Shown here: one piece after another, positions 14,030-26,399 of the stretch
Layout of the letters: each line of letters opens with the position of its first letter
How positions within the stretch are numbered: the first letter of the stretch is position 1
NCBI RefSeq assembly: GCF_965363235.1
Contig: NC_134847.1
Coordinates: forward strand, 70,109,664-70,173,663
Reading direction: 5' to 3'
Origin: Mytilus galloprovincialis
Taxonomy: Eukaryota
Length of the DNA stretch: 64,000 bases
Notes under the pieces: generated by a model
The model's input: only the letters and a program-made list of their open reading frames with translations
The model's database searches: none
What the model was told of the DNA's origin: nothing
Made by a program: the position numbers and the translations under genes

Positions 14030-16880
14030 TATTTTTATATATAGTATAGTAACCAACTTCTATGAAAGGCCGATCATGTCAAAAACCCGATAAAGTAATG
14101 CGTTAACATTTAACGCGATAAATACAGTTTTAACGCGTAAAGAAATCAATATATTTAACGCGTTAAACTTAACAATTATGAAGTTTGGGATTTAACCCGT
14201 AGGTGAAAAAAGACGTGTATCGCGATAAAATACCCGTCGCACTGGCCACAGGTGTCATAAGAAATCACATTTATTACGTTGCTACGATACATTACTTTAA
14301 TGCGTTAAAACATCATTTAACGCGATTAAACATCGTGTAACGCGATAAAACATCAGTTAACGCGATAAAACATCGTTGGATGGAGTTATCATATGGAATA
14401 GTGTTACTAACAAAATACTATGATCTGTTCGAATTTTTTTGAGTATCGTGTTGTCCTGGACATTACAGACGAGGAGAATAATGAATATATTACATGGCGT
14501 CTTCCTCTCACGATTAAACCATTCTCTTTAGATCTCTTTAACTAACCAGATTTCAAAATAGCAAACACTGTTTGTTAACTGAAAACCATACAAGTTCTAA
14601 TGTCCTATTTGTAACAGGTATCTTGAACAACATGGACTCTGAATGCATCACTTTATGCGATTTACTATCAAAAACAAGTGCTGCAAATGAAAACATACGA
14701 CCACAAACACATGAAGATGACACCAATGAAGACTATAACATTTTAGCACACTCGGGAATGAATTACAGCCTTCAACGTGTAACCTTGGCTCACACTGATC
14801 AGCAAGGTATAAAGGGTTCCAAAAAAAAGATAAGTGTAAAACCATTCAAACAGAAAAGCCAACGTCTAATCTATATAAAAAAAATGAGAAACACTTATGA
14901 AGCACATCAACAAACGACAACCACGGTACCAGGTACCTGACTTAGGACAGGTGCAAACAAATGCAGCGGGTTTAAACGTTTTAATAGGCAACAACCTTAA
15001 TCCAACTTGAAACAATAGTGTAATATCACAACGTAGAAAGACACACTTTAAGATATCAACTGAAATGGCTCAACTCAATCAAATGACATACCACTTCACG
15101 AATAAGTTTGATCTATGACTCAATGTAAATACAAAATAAAACAATGGGGTTACAGTCAAACAATATCAGAAAGACAATCATAACCTTGAACAAAATTCAG
15201 GACTGATTACTGGCAGAGAAACGGACGGACAGAGAGACAGATTATTTCAGCTTTGCAGGTAGGGCACTAATAATAGCGCCCATTTTAGGGGGTTTTAGGG
15301 GGAGGGGAGGGGATAACTAATCTGCTCTCCGTACATGCCATATTACAGAACAACGCAATATTTACAGGTAAAAAATGTCGATAATGAATGATTGCGCGGA
15401 AAAAGAAAAAAACAAAACGACTTAGTAAGTAGTAAATATAAAGAATAACAAAAGAATTACATCCTCCTTCCCCATTGGATATCAAATAGTCATCCTCTTA
15501 CTTTTGGCACAGATTCATTTTATTATAGGGCATGGTTTACTAGATGCTCGATGCATTCTCTTAATAGCCTCTTCAAGTGTTTTGAACACACAATTGCTAG
15601 CTGATAAATTCATATTAGATACCAGGATTGAAATTTTGTATTTGCCGTGCGCCAGACGAGCGTTTCGTCTACAAAAGACTCATTAATATCGCTCAAATGA
15701 AAAACAAAAAATGCCTCGGTCATCTGACTGACAGCCGTGTATCAATATCCGATTGTAATGTTTAACTGAGGTATGGTTGATAGATAATATAGTAAAGATA
15801 TGTCATGTTTACACCATCTACAGAAAAAAAAACTTCACTTGTAGAGACCTATGTAAGTATACGTCAGACTACCAAAGTTTATTTCAAACCCTTATGTTAG
15901 ACAAAGCTTAAAGACAGGTTGACAAATGTAAATCTAGATGGACTTTTAATTAGCATGATGAGTCCATATACATAGATATGGAAAGTAATCTTAAATGAAA
16001 TTAAACGTTGCTTAAACACGTTACAGTAGCTTTTAACTAGTTAAAGTTGTTTATTACGCATTAAAGTTGCATGTAATGCGTTAAAGATGTTTTTAACGCG
16101 TTCAAGTTGCATTTAACGCGTAAAAGTTGCATTTAACGCGTAAAAGTTTTAAAGTTGCATTCAAATGCGTTAAAGTTGCATTTAACGCGTAAAAAATGAT
16201 TTTAACGCGTTAAAGATGCTTTAAACGCGTTAGCGTTGCTTTTAACGCGTAAAAATTACATTTAACGCGTTAAAGATGCATTTAATGCATGAAAATTGCA
16301 TATAACGCGTTAAAGATGCTTTTAACACGTTCAAGTTGCATTTAAGGCGTTAAAGTTTGAAAGTTGCATTTAACGCGTTTAAGCTGCATTCAACGCCTTA
16401 TGATGTTTCAACGCGTTAACGATACTTTAAACGCAGTAAAGTTATATTTAACGTGTTAAAAATGATTGTCACACATTAAAGTTGGATTTTTTTCATCTTT
16501 TTATGCAGTAACCTTCTTTTAACGCGTTAAAACCTCTTTTATCACATTAAACCTTCATTTAACGCGTTAATTCTTATTTTAATGGGATAAGTAATTAATG
16601 ACGATGATAATAAAAATGTGCTGAAAATCAATAAACTTTATCGCGTTAATTGGCATTGTATGACACATGTGGCCATTTCATTTAGTAAGTTTCGAGTAAA
16701 ATCTGACGCCTTTAAATGTTGATAGGGCGAAAGAAGAAAGTATTTTCGGTCATTTTTGTAGTTTTGTGCTTAACGAGTTAAACAATTACTAACGCGTTAA
16801 AACTGTATTTTGATTTTATCGTGTTAAATGTTAATGCGTTACTTTATCGGGTTTTTGACATGATTGGCCTTTCATAAACT
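14030..16880. mobile_element. Foldback-like element, ~2.85 kb. It has ~85-bp terminal inverted repeats and subterminal tandem arrays of TTAACGCG-containing units.
   Basis: 14033–14115 is the reverse complement of 16790–16875 (…caaaaacccgataaagtaatgcgttaacatttaacgcgataaa…). The 14090–14400 array has a 22–24 bp unit. The 16000–16570 array has a ~28-bp unit (taaagttgcatttaacgcgt), about 20 copies. SINE-like fragments are embedded inside the element. Confidence 0.6.
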
Positions 16881-17293
16881 TCTGTACAAATGTCATTTGA
16901 TTTATAACTACTCACTTGAGACATCATTCGTTCTCCCAACTTTTCAGCTTGAGAGTGTGAGCCCTAACGTTTCCAGTATAGTGTGAGGTTAATAGATCTT
17001 AATAGGAGTTCATACAGTCCGAAAGATAACCCCCGTTTGATCCCATTTCTTAAAGCATAGGAGAGTCACTCTGGCAGAGAACCTCAGGGCATTATTTTAA
17101 CACTAATGACTAATATAAAACCTCTGGACATAAATGATCATAAAATATTGCACACATTCAAAATTCGAAAATTAAACTTTGAAATGTGTTTCGTATGTAA
17201 AAAATACGAAATTTCCCTTCCAAATGGTGAAACAATTTTGACCTGCAATTATTACTAAAAGGAGAGAAACACCAACCCTCAAATTACAGGCCT

Positions 17294-18795
17294 GTGTCAT
17301 TGACATCCATAGCATGCAAACTGCTAGAACATATTATACATAGCACAGTAATGGATCACTTTGATCGACACAACATTCTATGCGACGAGCAACATGGATT
17401 CAGAAGTCGACGCTCCTGTGAGACCCAGTTAGTTGTAACACTGAACCAGATTGCCAAAAACATGGACCAGGGGCACCAGACTGACATCATCTTACTGGAT
17501 TTTTCAAATGCCTTTGACAAGGTACCACACGAACGCTTGCTTTTGAAACTGGCATACTACGGGGTGAAAGGATCAACATTGAACTGGATAAAGGACTTTC
17601 TTAGCAGTAGAACCCAGTCAGTTGTGCTAGAAGGACATACATCATCTCCTTTATAGATGTAATATCAGGAGTTCCACAAGGGACAGTCTTAGGTCCTCTA
17701 CTATTCCTGACATATATGAGGGGGGATAGGACCTTTATCGGGACTCCGGGATCGGGTGTTTTTAAGCTCGGGATTTCGGGATTGACCCTTTCGGGATCCG
17801 GGAATCCTTTTTTTCGGATTTCGGGATGTCGGGATTTGCTTTATTTAAATTCGGGACCTCGGGATTTCGTTTTTTGAAGTCCGGGATTTCGGGATCAAGA
17901 CCCCTCCTATCCCCCCTCATATATCAATGACATGCCAGATTGTACATCTTCAGATGTAAGGTTGTTTGCGGACGATAGCCTGGTGTACAGGAAAATTAGA
18001 AATCCTGATGATGCTGCAACTCTACAGAGAGACCTCACTGCTCTGGAAGAGTGGGAACACAAGTGGCAGATGTGTTTCCATCCAGAAAAGTGCACAGTCA
18101 TGAGGATATCTAACAAGCGCAACACCCTGCAAACAACATACACCCTGCATGGACACCAACTAGAAGTTGTTGATAGCGGAAAGTACCTTGGAGTTACCAT
18201 TAGTCAAGACCTACAGTGGAATAAGCACATTAATAACACCACAGGAAAAGCAACCAGGACCCTGGGTTTTCTCCGCAGAAACCTGGGCCGATGCAAACCA
18301 TCTGTAAAAAACACAGCCTATTGTGCACTCATCAGACCATCGATTGAGTACGCTGCCACAGTGTGGGACCCCCATCAAACCACCTTGATCAAAGACATCG
18401 ACAGGGTACAGCGTAAAGCAGCACGATTTGTTTACAACCAGTACACAGACACTTCCCCAGGATGCGTCACTGGACTATTAGACCAACTCTAGTGGGATAC
18501 ACTACAGTATAGACGAATTAAACAACGACTCGTCCTATGCTACAAGATACAGAACCAACTAGTGGAGATACAACCAGCTATCTACTACACATCTGGCCGG
18601 GACAACAGAACAAGGGGTGGCCACAGACCGCTTAGACAGATAAGAGCTACTAAGGAAGTATACAACAACTCCTTCTTCCCACGCTCTATAAGAGACTGGA
18701 ACCTTCTGCCAGACACAGTAACAGCTGCACCAACACTCGAGGAGTTCAGGGCCAGATTATCCAGTGTGCCCTGGACCCAGATGCAGCCTAACTAG
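17294..18795 (+). mobile_element. Non-LTR retrotransposon (LINE) ORF2 reverse-transcriptase remnant. It is frameshifted and is split by a MITE at 17718–17918.
   Basis: RT motifs are present: FRSRRSCETQL, LLDFSNAFDKVPHERLL, GVPQGTVLGPLLF (frame-shifted at 17657–17717), FADDSLVY (the Y/FADD box), and the C-terminal SFFPRSIRDWNLLP motif typical of the CR1/L2-like clade. Confidence 0.85.
17718..17918. mobile_element. MITE of ~200 bp with perfect 14–15 bp terminal inverted repeats (gaggggggataggac…gtcctatcccccctc). It is inserted in the LINE RT ORF.
   Basis: The TIRs are visible directly. Both flanks are atatat, consistent with a target-site duplication. The interior is rich in tcggg-type repeats. 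A second copy lies at 19985–20130. Confidence 0.75.
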
Positions 18796-19984
18796 ACATC
18801 AGCCTGCCAAATTGTACAGTGTATATAGTTTTAATTATCTTGTTAATATTTACTTTTAATCCTGAATGGAAAAGCCTCCTGTTTTACCGAGCGGAGTTAG
18901 TAAATCACTCAAATATGAGGTCAACTCCTTAACGGAAGAAGAAGAGCTACTTTTAAAATTCCCGCCATTAAAACTTCAAATCATCTCTATATTTAGAACA
19001 ACAGGAAGTTGTGACAGAAGAAACTGAAACATGTAATTTTAGCCAACATTCGCAGTGTTTACCTTTCAAATATCACACATGTTCTTATAATCACTTTTCC
19101 AATAATATTTAAAACTCTGCAGGTAAAATTGTTGATTGTGCCGAGTTGATTTATTGCATAAAATTATTAAAAATTATTATGCTGACCTACAAAAGGGGAT
19201 TTCCATGTTTCACGACTGATCCAAATCAGCAAAAAGTGACTGACTAGTATTATATAGTCATGAGTCAATTAGATAAACATGAATTTAGACATGATATCAG
19301 AAGAAACTAGATTATTAATACATAAGGATCATGATATGGTGTAGTATACTATATTTTTATAACATTCTGAACAAATTAGAAAATTCACCTTCTGTGAGCT
19401 GGGAACATATAATATATCAAGTCAATATATAAAGGAACCTGCTGGGAGTAATTATAATAGTTTCGCTTTATTTTGATTCAACAGATTAAAAATTTTCACC
19501 AAATATGATGAAATATACAGTAGCAAGTAAAGCAAGGATACAAGAGGGTGGTAAAGGGTTATTTTCGGGCAACATGATCGCTGTTTTTTATTTCACGTTC
19601 AACATGTTTTTACTTTTTTATTTGACGTTCAGTCGTGCAAGAAGGGTGCCTCGTTCAATGTGTTCTGCTTATTTAATTTTACGTGCATCGTGATTTTCAA
19701 AGTCTTTATATTTTGCGTGCTCGATATTTTTCAAATAAAATTAATTCAAACACTTGGCAGGGATCACAAGAAATACTTTTTTAAAAGCTGTAAACCAATT
19801 ATATCATAACTGTGTATACTAAATCGAGAATATCAAGTACAAATGTAAAACAAAGAGTTAATATATACAAGAAGACAGTGACTCAGTCACAATTAATTTA
19901 AAGGTTCAAATAAAAATATTTCAATAATAAGCACAATCAATGGTCAATTGCTTGTTGGTTTACATTATTTTTTGTACATGCAGT

Positions 19985-20130
19985 GAGGGGGGATAGGACC
20001 TTTATAAGGACTTCAGGATCGGGTGTTTTTAAGCCCTGAATTTCGGGATTGATCCTTTCGGGAATTCTTTTTTCGAATATTGGATGCCAGGGATTTCGGG
20101 ATCTGGATCCCTACTCCCCCCCCCCCCCTC
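19985..20130. mobile_element. Second copy of the gaggggggatagga-TIR MITE.
   Basis: Same termini and internal 'cgggatttcggga' motifs as the element at 17718–17918. Confidence 0.65.
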
Positions 20131-20811
20131 TGTAGTTTGAGGCTTTTGTAATGTGTGTGTGCCTAGGGCATGGAAGAGAAGCCTATTAACCCCTAAAAAA
20201 ATCTTTTATCCGAAGAATGATTTCAAGTGTAATCTAAAATGTAGCTGTTTAAATCAATTCATTTGCTTATGGAAATACCTGACTAAAAATATCATGAAAT
20301 ACAATTTTTTTACCTCATTAATGTTCACCCTGACGCTCTTGAAAATCTTATGTTGCTTTAAAACCCTTCTTGAGTAACTGACCTCATCCCACCAATTTGA
20401 TTGGTTTCACCACCGTTTGAGTAACTCAACCTTAAATTCTTGGCACTCAGATTGCCTATTACTCTTTTTTTTTCCTTTGCCCATAGATAAGATAAGATAT
20501 TTTATTTCCTAATCATAGGGCTCATAACAAGCATGTAATCACATAAAGTAAAAATAAAAAACCTTTCTCTCCCACTCGCATACACTCACACATACAACTA
20601 TCGTTCTGATTAAGGATGATTGATTTAACAGTACAACATGTAAATGAAAAATAAAATACTGACACAAATTTTTTTATGAGGAGAGTCAGTTGCCTACATT
20701 GTATATGTGGAACGAAGCATTACTCTTACTGCCCAGAAAAGAAAAAGAAAAAACAATCCAGGTATAATGTGACAATGAACTGGTGAAGACTATAAATAAG
20801 TTTTATAAGTT

Positions 20812-21258
20812 TCAGTAAAGCAAATATTTAGTTTCGCAATGTGTAAAATGAGGATAGCAATTCACATAATATAGAATTAAAATGAAGGCTATCGTTTGAC
20901 ATAAACCAAATAAGCAGATTACTATCGGATATTTGGGATAAATATGGGTATTTTGTAAAGAGTTCATCCAGAAAGGTTTTTCTTCCTTATTATAAAGGGT
21001 ACATTTAAATAAAAAATGTTCTTCGTCTTCAACCGAGTTCATTGAACAAAACTGGCATGTTCTCTCTGATCTTGGAAGTGTAATATTTTTTCCATGTTCA
21101 TCAATTTTTCGTTCGTAACGGCCTCTCTCTATGCGGAGACAATGATTGCTTATTCTAAATCTAGTTACAAAATGTAGTATAACTCTCTTATCTCTGTTCT
21201 TAATATTGAAGTAATCTTCAAAAGTGAAATTATGTTTAAATTTAAAGTAGTTGCTCAA
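20812..21258 (-). mobile_element. LINE ORF2 C-terminal (post-RT Cys-rich) domain fragment.
   Basis: The 148-aa ORF contains NHCLRIERGRY…CQFC…VEDEEHFLFKCTLY, the C-terminal motif conserved in CR1/L2/Jockey-type LINE ORF2. Confidence 0.6.
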
Positions 21259-22379
21259 TTTACTGTGATCATCTTTTTTTGGAAAATGACGCAGTCATTG
21301 TTCCATTACTGGCGACCTGAACTTCATTACATTTCTCTGCCTACCGCGCTTGGTTTCGTATTTACTATTTTTCATACAAACTGGAATCTGCTTGTGTTAT
21401 CATTATGCATGATCATTGTGTAGTAATCAGCCAGGAACCAGTTTACAAACTAACTGGTTTCTGCTTGTATTTCACTACACTCGAACAAAGTGTTGTAGTT
21501 TGACAGGAACCAGTTTAGAATTTGCAAACTACAAAACATAATCGGTTATTGATCATTCCGTTTTGGTGTTTCATACCGACTTATATGGTTTGAATAAGCT
21601 TAAGCCCCTTCAAACATTAATGTGATAGGTATATTAAAGACTGTTTTACAAAAGGATGGAACTGTTTTGCTTTCAAAGTCGTACTATAGTGATATCTGTT
21701 ATGTACGGATTTCCACTCTCACCGGTTAATTTCTTCTTTTACACGTGCTTTTGAAACTTCCTGTTTAAACATCGCAAGTTTTAAAATTGTTTTTTGAGTG
21801 AATTAAACTTATTGAAACAATCATGAAGCGTTCCAGAATCATTTTCAAGCAGTTTCTTTTTCTCTTTGATGATGGAAAATATGTTTTCTCAAGAAAATAC
21901 CGCAAACGATCGCAGAGGAATTGAAACGTACAAGTCAAGTCGGCACCTGAACAAATTGGCGTCAATTCGGCATCCAATAATATTTGTTATAATATTTTCT
22001 ATTCAATTAATTATTAACAGGTACCAAGTACATAGTGAATTTCACTGTGAAATCCACCGTCACTCACTGAATATGTTGTTGTGTATTTAGGTAAACAACG
22101 AAACCAAAGTGAATATGTTGTTGTGTATAAGGGTACAGTAAACAACAAAGCCTTTACCCAAGCTATTGTTTTAACAATTAGACAATAATTAAAATAAAAT
22201 GGAAAACTATGAGTCCGTTTCAATAAATCAAACTTTCATGCCAAATAATTAGCAAATTTTAGGTGTTTTTTTCAGTAAAGTTTAAACAGCATTAAACAAA
22301 CAATCCTGTAAAATGCTCAACTGGTTAAAATAATGCATAAAAATATCCAATATCTCATGTATTAGTCCAAATAATAATG

Positions 22380-22522
22380 ACGTCTGGCAAGGCTATTTTA
22401 TTTTTTTTCTGGGACGCCTTCCTTAGACGTTCGTAAGAAGGCGTCCCAGAAAAAAATTAACATAGCCTTGCGGTCATAAGAAGGTGTCCCAGAATAAAAT
22501 TTAAAAAGCCTTGCCAGACGTA
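22380..22522. repeat. ~140-bp near-perfect palindrome (hairpin), cgtctggcaaggct…ttctgggacgcc / ggtgtcccagaa…agccttgccagacg.
   Basis: Reverse-complement symmetry read directly from the sequence. Confidence 0.6.
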
Positions 22523-22924
22523 ATAATTATTTGGACTACCATAACGGTTACTCATATATATATCATTAAAAATAAGCCAAAAAAGTCATTTAGTTGAGAA
22601 AAATAAATATATACAAAATGTACATGAACACCCAAAAATGTGAAAGTTAGTATTAAACTCTTTTTGCTTAAATACTGAAAAAAATTCTGGCAACCCCTTT
22701 CTTATTTTTACTCTTTTTGCTTAAAATACTGTTAAAATATATATTTAACATGGGTGACGAATTGACTATATCCAGTGTCGATTTAACCAGGTGCTTATTT
22801 GTCCAGGTGCCAATTTAACCAGGTGCCGGTTGACTAGAATTCTTTGACAAATGTTTGAAATTACCTGAGTTTCATTAGACCTTTGATAACAGTAACACAA
22901 AGATTATTTACTTAATATTTTGTG

Positions 22925-23790
22925 GGAGAAGGGGGTTCAGACTATGTGGTATCAGGTCTGTTCGCGCCCAATACATTTTCACACCCTACACGTTCGCACC
23001 TCGCACGTTCACACCCAAGGTCCGTTCGCACTCTACTCATTCGCACCCAATTTTAATTCAAATTCAAGTTGAATAATTGGAAAATCATGATTGTTGTTTT
23101 AAATTGCAATAACAATACGCTATCCAAAACATGATTAAGATTTATTCAACACAAACACTCCCCAAGGGTGACTGGGGAATAGAAATATGGTCACTTGGTC
23201 TTCTCCCGACCGGCAGTAAAACGCTTGCTGAAGTGGGGCGTCCGTTTGGCTGTGCGGGATGTATCAAGTTCGCAGTCACGTACGGTCAGAAGGGGGACGT
23301 TAAATCTGATGCCTCGTGTAAAGAGAGTGCCACGCTCTTTGCACGTTAAGAACCCTTGCAACAACTTTTCAGGGGTCCGTAGGTGGCCTGTTGCAAGGCC
23401 AAATTTCTGTTCCTATCCAATATACCCTCTTTTTCCGGTGGCAGTCCAAATTTCTCCGACCATCATCCCAGATGGCCTCTATTGTATCAACCTACCTATT
23501 GTATTCATTGTGAACTTGTTCTAGTCCTGAATATGCATGAAATATTTGCCACTGGACGTTAAGCAACCAACAATCAATCAATCAATCAACACAAACAAAA
23601 ATGCTGTCTCACTTTATTTTAAGACAATGACAACAATTATACTTATAAGAAAACACTTGCTTACAGAGTTATTAAACACAAAACCAATTAAGATTGGGTG
23701 CGAACATGTAGGGTGTGAAAGTGAAAGAGGGCGAACATGAGTTGGGCGCGAACGGACCCGGATTCAGACTATGTACCATTGAGAAATATA
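22925..23790. mobile_element. ~870-bp element with ~90-bp terminal inverted repeats (gttcagactatg…ttcgcgccc… / …gggcgcgaacggacccggattcagactatg) and a GC-rich interior.
   Basis: 22925–23045 is the reverse complement of 23695–23785. No ORF is recognisable, so it is probably a non-autonomous DNA transposon. Confidence 0.5.
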
Positions 23791-23944
23791 CAAGCCTTTC
23801 TACGGTATTCATTTGTACAATTCAGGTAGTCTTGACCTATTCATTTGTCTTAAAAAAAACAGCCAGTTGTCACCTTCACTTCACACACACACATATACGA
23901 ATATCAATTATTTGCTTACGAGACATGTTGCATTGTTAAACTCA

Positions 23945-26335
23945 TTACGGTATGTGAAAATCAAGACTTGCATAAACTATCCCAATATTAGAGACAGTGG
24001 CGTCATTTTTCTTCAGAGCTTTCAGCTCTTTGATTATTAAGTCTTTTTGATTGCTCCAATATGTAAATAAATCAGTTTTGATACATTTTCTAAGTAAAAT
24101 TTTGAATTTATCTTTACTGAGTTTTTTACAAAGTACTAAATTTAAACCAAGTTTTTCACTAAAAAACTTTATGTTTGCATACCACGATTGATTAGCCACA
24201 GCTTTATCAGAGAAGCTTTCAATATAAGCATCACTTAAGAGATCAGTGGGCAAGTTTTCAAGGCGGTGCCAATACATAAACATTTGAATTAATATGTTAA
24301 TATATAAAGGAAATTTACCTAGCTCTGATATAACTCCAATGTTTGTGCAATTTTTGGAGACACCAAGAACATACTTGCAAAATTTAAGATTTAATTTATC
24401 AGGTTCCCAATTTTTGAAGATTTCAAAAAGATGCATGGCTCTTCTTTTTGGAGTCATATTTAACATACCCCATATTTCACAGCCATATAAAGCTATATAT
24501 ATTGGTTTGATGGTGTGATCAAAAATATGAAGTAAAGTCTTAATAGATGGAGAACATGACTTAATGTTTTTGTAAAATTTAAATGAAGCCTTTAGTCCTT
24601 TATCATATAGTTTTTTTTTAGCTGCATTAAATTTTCCAGTATAAGTAAGAACTAATCCTAAGTATTTATAGAATTTCACACACTCTATTCTGTTTGCACC
24701 TATATTAAATTCATCTAACAGTAGTCTCCCATTTTTATTAAAGATTATAATTTGTGTTTTCTTTGTGTTTATTTCAAGACACCAGTCATTTCAATATTGG
24801 TATATATATTAAGTTGGGTTTGTAACCCCTTTTTATTATCTGAAAATAACACCAGGTCATCCGCATAGAGAAGGCAAGGTACACATTTATTATTTAATTG
24901 TAAACAGTCACAGTTGTCCTCTAAAGCTTTGGACAAATCGTTTATGAAAAATTTAAACAGGTTAGGACTTAAAACATCCCCTTGATGGACTCCAACTTTA
25001 GAATTAAAAAAATCAGTTATTTTATTATCTACCCTCACACAGAGTCTGTCATTGTTATACATACTATTTAGAATTCTATAGAAAAAAACCATCAATATTT
25101 CCCTCTAACAATTTCAACATGATACCAACGTGAAGCACTTTATCAAAGGCTTTACAAAAAACCACAAAACATGTATATCGTTTTTTTGCTACCACAGTTT
25201 AAATATTTATCAATAATGCATTTTAGAATGAAGACATGATCCGAAGTCCTGGATTTCTTAGAGAACCCAATTTGAGTTTGATGTATAATCCCGTTTTCAG
25301 ACAAAAAATTATCAAGTCTCAGGTGTTTAAAATAATGTTAAACAGTTTGCCAATACTGTTATTAATTGCTATGCCTCTATAGTTTTCAGGTTTATTGGGA
25401 TCTTCAGATTTGTACAAAGGGCATATAAAACTTTGGGACCAAGACTTCGAATAGTGACCACATCGAAATATTGCATTGAATAGTTTTAGAAAACATGGAA
25501 CCATGTGGGATTCTGACACTTTCAGCATTTCATTACTTATGTTGTCCAATCCAGGACTCTTTCCAGATTTGAGCTTTTTCAAAGCCTTTTGTAATTCAGA
25601 CAAAGAAATTTCAAAATCAAGTGGAAAAAAGCTTCCAACATTTTTTCTAATTGTTTTAGTTTTTCTGTAATTTCGTTACTTTGTTTGACAGATTTGGAGA
25701 AACAGATGCCAAATTAGAAAAATATTTGAACCAATTATCTCCATCTATATTGTTTGTGTTATTATTTTGTTGTTCATCTCTTAAGGAGTTTACCAGAGAC
25801 CAGTATTCTTTTGGGTTTTCGGTTTCCAAATTGTCCAAGTGATCTAAGATAAGCTGTTTGAAGTCTTTTTTCTTTTTTCTCCTCAGTTTTGAATATTGTT
25901 TATTTGTCTTAAAAAAAGAGCCCCGTACAATTGGGTCTTTTGAAAATTTTGACATTAAATTGCCCTTTTCTGTGACAATTTTTTTAAGTTGTTCCAAATC
26001 ATGATCAAACCATTTTTTATTATTTTCTGTGAATTTTCTTTTTTCTTTCTCAAGGATGCTTTACATACTTTATCAAAAATCGTGTGGACTTTACTGGTGT
26101 ATAAATCAATGTTTTCTGGGGTAAGCTCCATCTTTTCATTCATAAAACTTTTAATTTCATTTTGAAAAGCAGGATTACAAAATGTTTCTTGAAATTTAAT
26201 AATACTTTCATGGTCCCATATATATCTTGTTGGAAAATCAATTGACCCTTTTTGCTTGCGTTCTATTTCACAGTTGGCTAAGATTTTTATACGACCGCAA
26301 AATTTGAAAAAATTTTCTTCGTATATTGCTATCAC
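23945..26335 (-). mobile_element. Degenerate LINE ORF2 (reverse transcriptase) on the minus strand, split across ≥5 ORF fragments.
   Basis: RT boxes are present: GIAINNSIGKLFNIIL, GVHQGDVLSPNLFKFFINDL and LLYADDLVLFS (YADD). N-terminal and C-terminal fragments continue on the same strand, with frameshifts between them. Confidence 0.8.
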
Positions 26336-26399
26336 GTTGGCGTCGTCGTCTGCGTAGTCGTCGTCTTCGTCGTCGGCGGCGGCGGCGTCATCGTCCGAA

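Noticed and set aside
14572-14940. 122-aa ORF inside the foldback element; possible transposase.
   Set aside because: It has no recognisable transposase motifs (DDE, Zn-finger). It is low-complexity, and part of it matches a SINE-like repeat also found at 48290–48560.
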